Assembly (NCBI GenBank): GCA_039815375.1
Contig: JBCBZJ010000017.1
Location: 1-64,000, forward strand
Length of the DNA: 64,000 bases
Direction of reading: 5' to 3'
Source of the DNA: Verrucomicrobiota bacterium
GTDB lineage: Bacteria > Verrucomicrobiota > Verrucomicrobiia > Opitutales > Coraliomargaritaceae
A program made the translations under genes and the position numbers. The notes under the pieces are model-generated. The model did not search any database and was not told the DNA's origin. It worked only from the letters and a program-made list of their open reading frames with translations. The stretch's first letter is position 1. Every line of letters begins with the position of its first letter. Positions 60,195 to 64,000 of the stretch are shown here, one piece after another.

Positions 60195-61189
60195 ATGCAG
60201 GTGTGAAGACTTCGTCCGTATCAAGTTTTTGAACGAATGTAGCGTGCGATGATAGTCGATAGATGTCCTATACTGACGGGGAGCGTCGTGATTAGGATAC
60301 CCCGGAACTGGGTTTGGAGGCTACGAAGGGCGGATTTGGAAATCTGGAACGGTAGCCTCGACTCTCGGAGTCGGGGAACGTTGGTTTGGCGCGCGAATCC
60401 CGAAACAGAGTTTCGAGGTTACAAAAAAATCGGGAATTGTCGCCTTGGCTCTAAGCGTGTGTCTAATAAATTGCTCAAAGCGTTACTTTACTTCTCATGT
60501 GTCTCGAAATCGCAGTCAGCGAAGCGGATGTAATAAATGAAGATGGCGTAGCAAATCGCCATCCAAATCGATCGCGACCTCGATTTGGATATCGACTTCG
60601 TCCACTTTGCCTTCGGAGGTTAACCGTAACTGGATTTTATTGAACGTCCTTTTAGGCGAAAAGCCCACATCGCTGCCCATCAGAGCTGTAGTCAGGTATG
60701 ATGATACGTTTCTTCGCTCTTCGGTTGCCGAGCACACTTCTCAGCCTATGGCATCATCCGGATTCAATGTGCCGCTGCAGTGTTTGGTCGGCGTTATGTT
60801 TTTCACTACTTGAATTCTTTGGTTGGAATCCGGTAGCAACCATCTGATTGAGCCGATTTTAACTACAGCTTTAAACTGCATCATGTGGGTTGGCTGTGTA
60901 CTATTTTGACTAATCACTTGGGCAGAAATTTAGTGTAGCATCATCCATATCGAACTAAAAAAAGCCTGAAGTATACTTCCTGAAGTCTTGGTGCGTTTTC
61001 ACGATATAGTCAAAATCGCTCATTTTCCTTACGGTAATAGTAGTCCTTAAAAACCATTCAGCGTTAGGCATGAGAATTTAATCAATTCTCATATTTAATT
61101 TTTCTTTGCCTTGGATTTCCGTTGCTAGCGCAGAGTGCGGGTCATTTTAGGATACAGATATCTGTTGCACCCATGTGTCGAAAGTCTGT

Positions 61190-61205
61190 TGGCATGCATA
61201 TCGCT
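61190..61205 (+). promoter_or_regulatory. Putative sigma54 promoter upstream of viperin
   Basis: TGGCATGcataTCGCT with correct GG-N10-GC spacing. Confidence 0.55.
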
Positions 61206-61310
61206 AAGATTATGTATGACTTTTTCAACTAGCAGTTATTCCGTGTAATCTGCTCTTCTGATTCGGAACCGTTACTAAAAAAATTCCCAATCATTACTAC
61301 ATACACACCG

Positions 61311-62246
61311 ATGCCCATATCTTCAGCAGAGAAAAATCCAACGACTAGTAAAGTTCTAGCATCGGCGAAAAGTGGGAAGTCATCGATTGTATCCAGTAAT
61401 TGGATATCGGTGAACTGGCATATTACGGAAGTTTGTAATTACCGTTGCCGTTTCTGTTTCGCGACTTTTGCCAATGCGCCGAAGGCAAGCCGTATTGGCG
61501 AAGAAGAAGGTTGGGCAATTATTGACCGGCTCAAGGAGCTCGGTTGCCAAAAGCTGACTTTCGCCGGCGGGGAGCCACTCCTGCATCCGCATTTACATAG
61601 CTGGATCTGTCACGCCAAGAGCGTGGGCTTAACGACGATGCTCATCACAAACGGTCATTTCTGGAAGGAAGACACGGCAGACCGGTTCGCTGGCCGGTTG
61701 GATTGGGTCGGCCTGAGCGTAGATGCATCCACACAAACACTCCAAAGTAGTCTGGGTCGGGGAAACTATGATCCGCTCACCCGTGCGGAATTCGTCAGCC
61801 GGACGGCCAAGACTAATGGGATACGTTTCAAGCTAAACACCGTAGTGACCGCTTTAAATAAGGAAGACGATATGTCTCCTATTGTTGAAGCGTCCATGCC
61901 GGAGCGCTGGAAGATTTTTCAATACCTGCCTGTTGAGGGTGAGCGGGTGGATCCTGAGCTTATTCTATCCGAGGCAGATTTTGCATTCTATGTTCAGCGT
62001 CATCGATACCTTGAAGAAATCGGCGTCTCCGTCGTGCCTGAGGACAATGACGCGATGACCGGATCTTACCGCATGTTGGACCCGTGGGGGCAGCCCTATG
62101 ATAATCGCGAAACTGGCAGTGCTGGTAAGGCAGCCTATGGCAAACGAACTTACGGCGAGTCGTTACTCGATTCTTTGCCGGAGGAGAAAGAGCTCAACTT
62201 TAGTCTGGAGAAGCTACAGAAGCGCCGCGGCCTCTATCAGTGGTAG
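61311..62246 (+). CDS. Viperin-family antiviral radical SAM protein (prokaryotic viperin-like)
   Basis: SVNWHITEVCNYRCRFCF, FAGGEP, FKLNTVV, PERWKIFQ, EDNDAMTGSY.MLDP, terminal KRRGLYQW. Confidence 0.9.
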   Translation: MPISSAEKNPTTSKVLASAKSGKSSIVSSNWISVNWHITEVCNYRCRFCFATFANAPKASRIGEEEGWAIIDRLKELGCQKLTFAGGEPLLHPHLHSWICHAKSVGLTTMLITNGHFWKEDTADRFAGRLDWVGLSVDASTQTLQSSLGRGNYDPLTRAEFVSRTAKTNGIRFKLNTVVTALNKEDDMSPIVEASMPERWKIFQYLPVEGERVDPELILSEADFAFYVQRHRYLEEIGVSVVPEDNDAMTGSYRMLDPWGQPYDNRETGSAGKAAYGKRTYGESLLDSLPEEKELNFSLEKLQKRRGLYQW

Positions 62247-62270
62247 AAAGTATTTATTTTATAAAAGCAT

Positions 62271-63431
62271 ATGAAAATCATCCAAAAGTTCACAATCGCA
62301 GCTTTTTGCCTCTCTTCGGTTTCGGCTGTTTTCGGTCAACGAAGTATGACGGTGACGACCGATGCAAATTCGGCAGCGTTATTTCGTTTATCAGGAAACC
62401 ATCCTGTCGTTGAATTTGTCGAAGTCGATCCGGCAGCCGTCATTGAAATTACCGGAGTTGTGAACGGGTCCCCAATACGCCGTTTTGTCGATAATGATGC
62501 TACCCTTGCTTCGGGTAATTACTACATCGAGTTCTTTACCATGGCGAAGTTGAATAACGGGGAGCTGCCTTTGCAGGTCTATTCTTCCCCGGTTGAGCTC
62601 ACGTTGACCGCTCTGGAGGATAAGCCAAACCTCTTCCCGGATGATGACCTGTTCAACATAAGTTCTGAAGAAGAACGTGTGTTGGCTGTAGACCGTATCG
62701 CTGAGACCTACCTTGCTGATTCGGCTGCTCAGCAGATTGCAAAAGAGGCTGCTCGGGTGCCGCTTAGTTATCTAAAGGGCGAAGGCTTTGAGAAAAATGC
62801 CGATGGGACATCGCCTTACTTTCATGAACTGATGTCGATCACGGCGGGACACCCTCAGTCCTACAAACTGAAGCCACGACTCAAGGTGATCGCTAAGCAG
62901 GTTGCCGAGGATACGTCTTCCAAGGAGCTGGAGATCGAAGCTTCTGTAGAGCTTCAAAAGGGGGCGCAGAAGCTACCGATTACGATTATGGGTAAGAATC
63001 AAACGCGGGATCTTGGCATTCCCTATGCGAAGTTGCGGGATCTTGTTCAGGACATTGTCGCGCCACGCCTCTTTAACACGGGTAATGCGTATCCAGACCC
63101 AAATATGGATATTTACCGTTCGTTCCGTCTCCCTGGAGACACGCGCAAGGCAATCAGCCTAAATGATCTGGCGAAGGCAGTGGTTCGCAAGCTGAAGGTC
63201 AATGGAGTTAAAGCAGAAGATGTCTCCATCGAGGTGATCGCCTACAATGGCTACACGTGGAACTTCCGGTTCATTGATCCCGAGGTCTTCCTCATCGTGC
63301 CGAAGGTGCAGGTTGAGGACCCGCTGTTCTTAGCATGCACCAACAATGTCGATGCCGAAGGTGCCCCACTTAAAGATATTCCATTAGGCGTTTTCGGTGT
63401 GAAGTCCATTAACCTCATTTACATCAAATGA
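62271..63431 (+). CDS. Secreted hypothetical protein
   Basis: 386-aa ORF with a signal peptide; no family recognised. Confidence 0.7.
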   Translation: MKIIQKFTIAAFCLSSVSAVFGQRSMTVTTDANSAALFRLSGNHPVVEFVEVDPAAVIEITGVVNGSPIRRFVDNDATLASGNYYIEFFTMAKLNNGELPLQVYSSPVELTLTALEDKPNLFPDDDLFNISSEEERVLAVDRIAETYLADSAAQQIAKEAARVPLSYLKGEGFEKNADGTSPYFHELMSITAGHPQSYKLKPRLKVIAKQVAEDTSSKELEIEASVELQKGAQKLPITIMGKNQTRDLGIPYAKLRDLVQDIVAPRLFNTGNAYPDPNMDIYRSFRLPGDTRKAISLNDLAKAVVRKLKVNGVKAEDVSIEVIAYNGYTWNFRFIDPEVFLIVPKVQVEDPLFLACTNNVDAEGAPLKDIPLGVFGVKSINLIYIK

Positions 63432-64000
63432 TCGATTTGAAGCGTAGCGTTCAGTTGCTCTTATTCGGGGCAATGTCTATAGGCTGGGCTGTTGGCAGCA
63501 CGGTCACAACCGTTCGTAGCAGCACTTATGATGACGGGAGTGGCTCAACAAGCACCAACATGCTCAACTGGGTGAATACAAGTTATGGCACGTCACACAC
63601 AACCCTGTCTGATGCGCTGAAAGATGCTTTTATGACGGATAAGGGTGCTGCGTTGGGAACCTATCCAAATGCCTACAGCCATTCCAATACAACGATCAGT
63701 GCGACAAACTGGACACAGACTGAATATCCAACCGGCACACACCCGACGAATCCTTATCTGACTGGTGAGACCGTTGTAAGCGAAGCTTTCTGGGGCGAAG
63801 CAAAGGATAGTGGCGGTAGCACTGCCGGCGGCGGTTTGCTTATTGGCATTTACACCCGTGTGGTTCAGGTCGGTGGAGGTTGTGGAGGTACCACTTATGA
63901 GACACGGACCTATAGCTATGTTGAACGGGCTGATTTTAACAACTTCGATCTGGATATCGACGACTTACCGGATGAGTGGGAGGCGCAATACGGTCTGAAT
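63428..64000 (+). CDS. Secreted Thr/Gly-rich protein with a thrombospondin type 3-like Ca-binding repeat (partial)
   Basis: Absent from the ORF track because it has no stop in the window; ATGA overlap; MIDLKRSVQLLLFGAMS...DLDIDDLPDEWEAQYGLN runs to the window end. Confidence 0.75.
   Translation, partial: MIDLKRSVQLLLFGAMSIGWAVGSTVTTVRSSTYDDGSGSTSTNMLNWVNTSYGTSHTTLSDALKDAFMTDKGAALGTYPNAYSHSNTTISATNWTQTEYPTGTHPTNPYLTGETVVSEAFWGEAKDSGGSTAGGGLLIGIYTRVVQVGGGCGGTTYETRTYSYVERADFNNFDLDIDDLPDEWEAQYGLN

Noticed and set aside
60516..60884. Minus-strand 47-codon and 73-codon frames joined by an in-frame TGA (readthrough or selenocysteine?)
   Set aside because: No recognisable motif or SECIS; could be chance or a decayed gene

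Overview
A 64-kb bacterial chromosome window, most likely Verrucomicrobiota (Opitutales/Puniceicoccaceae-like). This placement is inferred from protein style and the reduced ribosomal operon, not from a database search. Housekeeping content: an S10-spc-alpha ribosomal cluster from rplC to rplQ, lacking rpsJ, rpmD, adk, infA and rpmJ here and with an extra gene between rpsS and rplV; also xth, mnmA, parE, queG, purU, carB, thyA-folA, a MacAB-TolC-type exporter and a DUF721/DciA-like gene. Accessory content: an AT-rich pseudopilin cluster apparently fused to a foreign gene fragment at the left edge, two GH57 genes, a VapBC module and a FIST sensor with a hybrid kinase. Three candidates stand out. 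(1) A four-gene DUF11-type operon (5551-14102) with split Ig-like domains, suggesting a donor-strand, possibly isopeptide-crosslinked surface filament with chaperone, shaft, beta-barrel base and tip. (2) Two tandem, covarying structured RNA-like elements with exposed GGGGUA motifs (59898-60194) behind a sigma54-like promoter. (3) A prokaryotic viperin homologue (61311-62246) behind a sigma54-like promoter, followed by genes for unknown secreted proteins. All family assignments come from motif recognition by eye.
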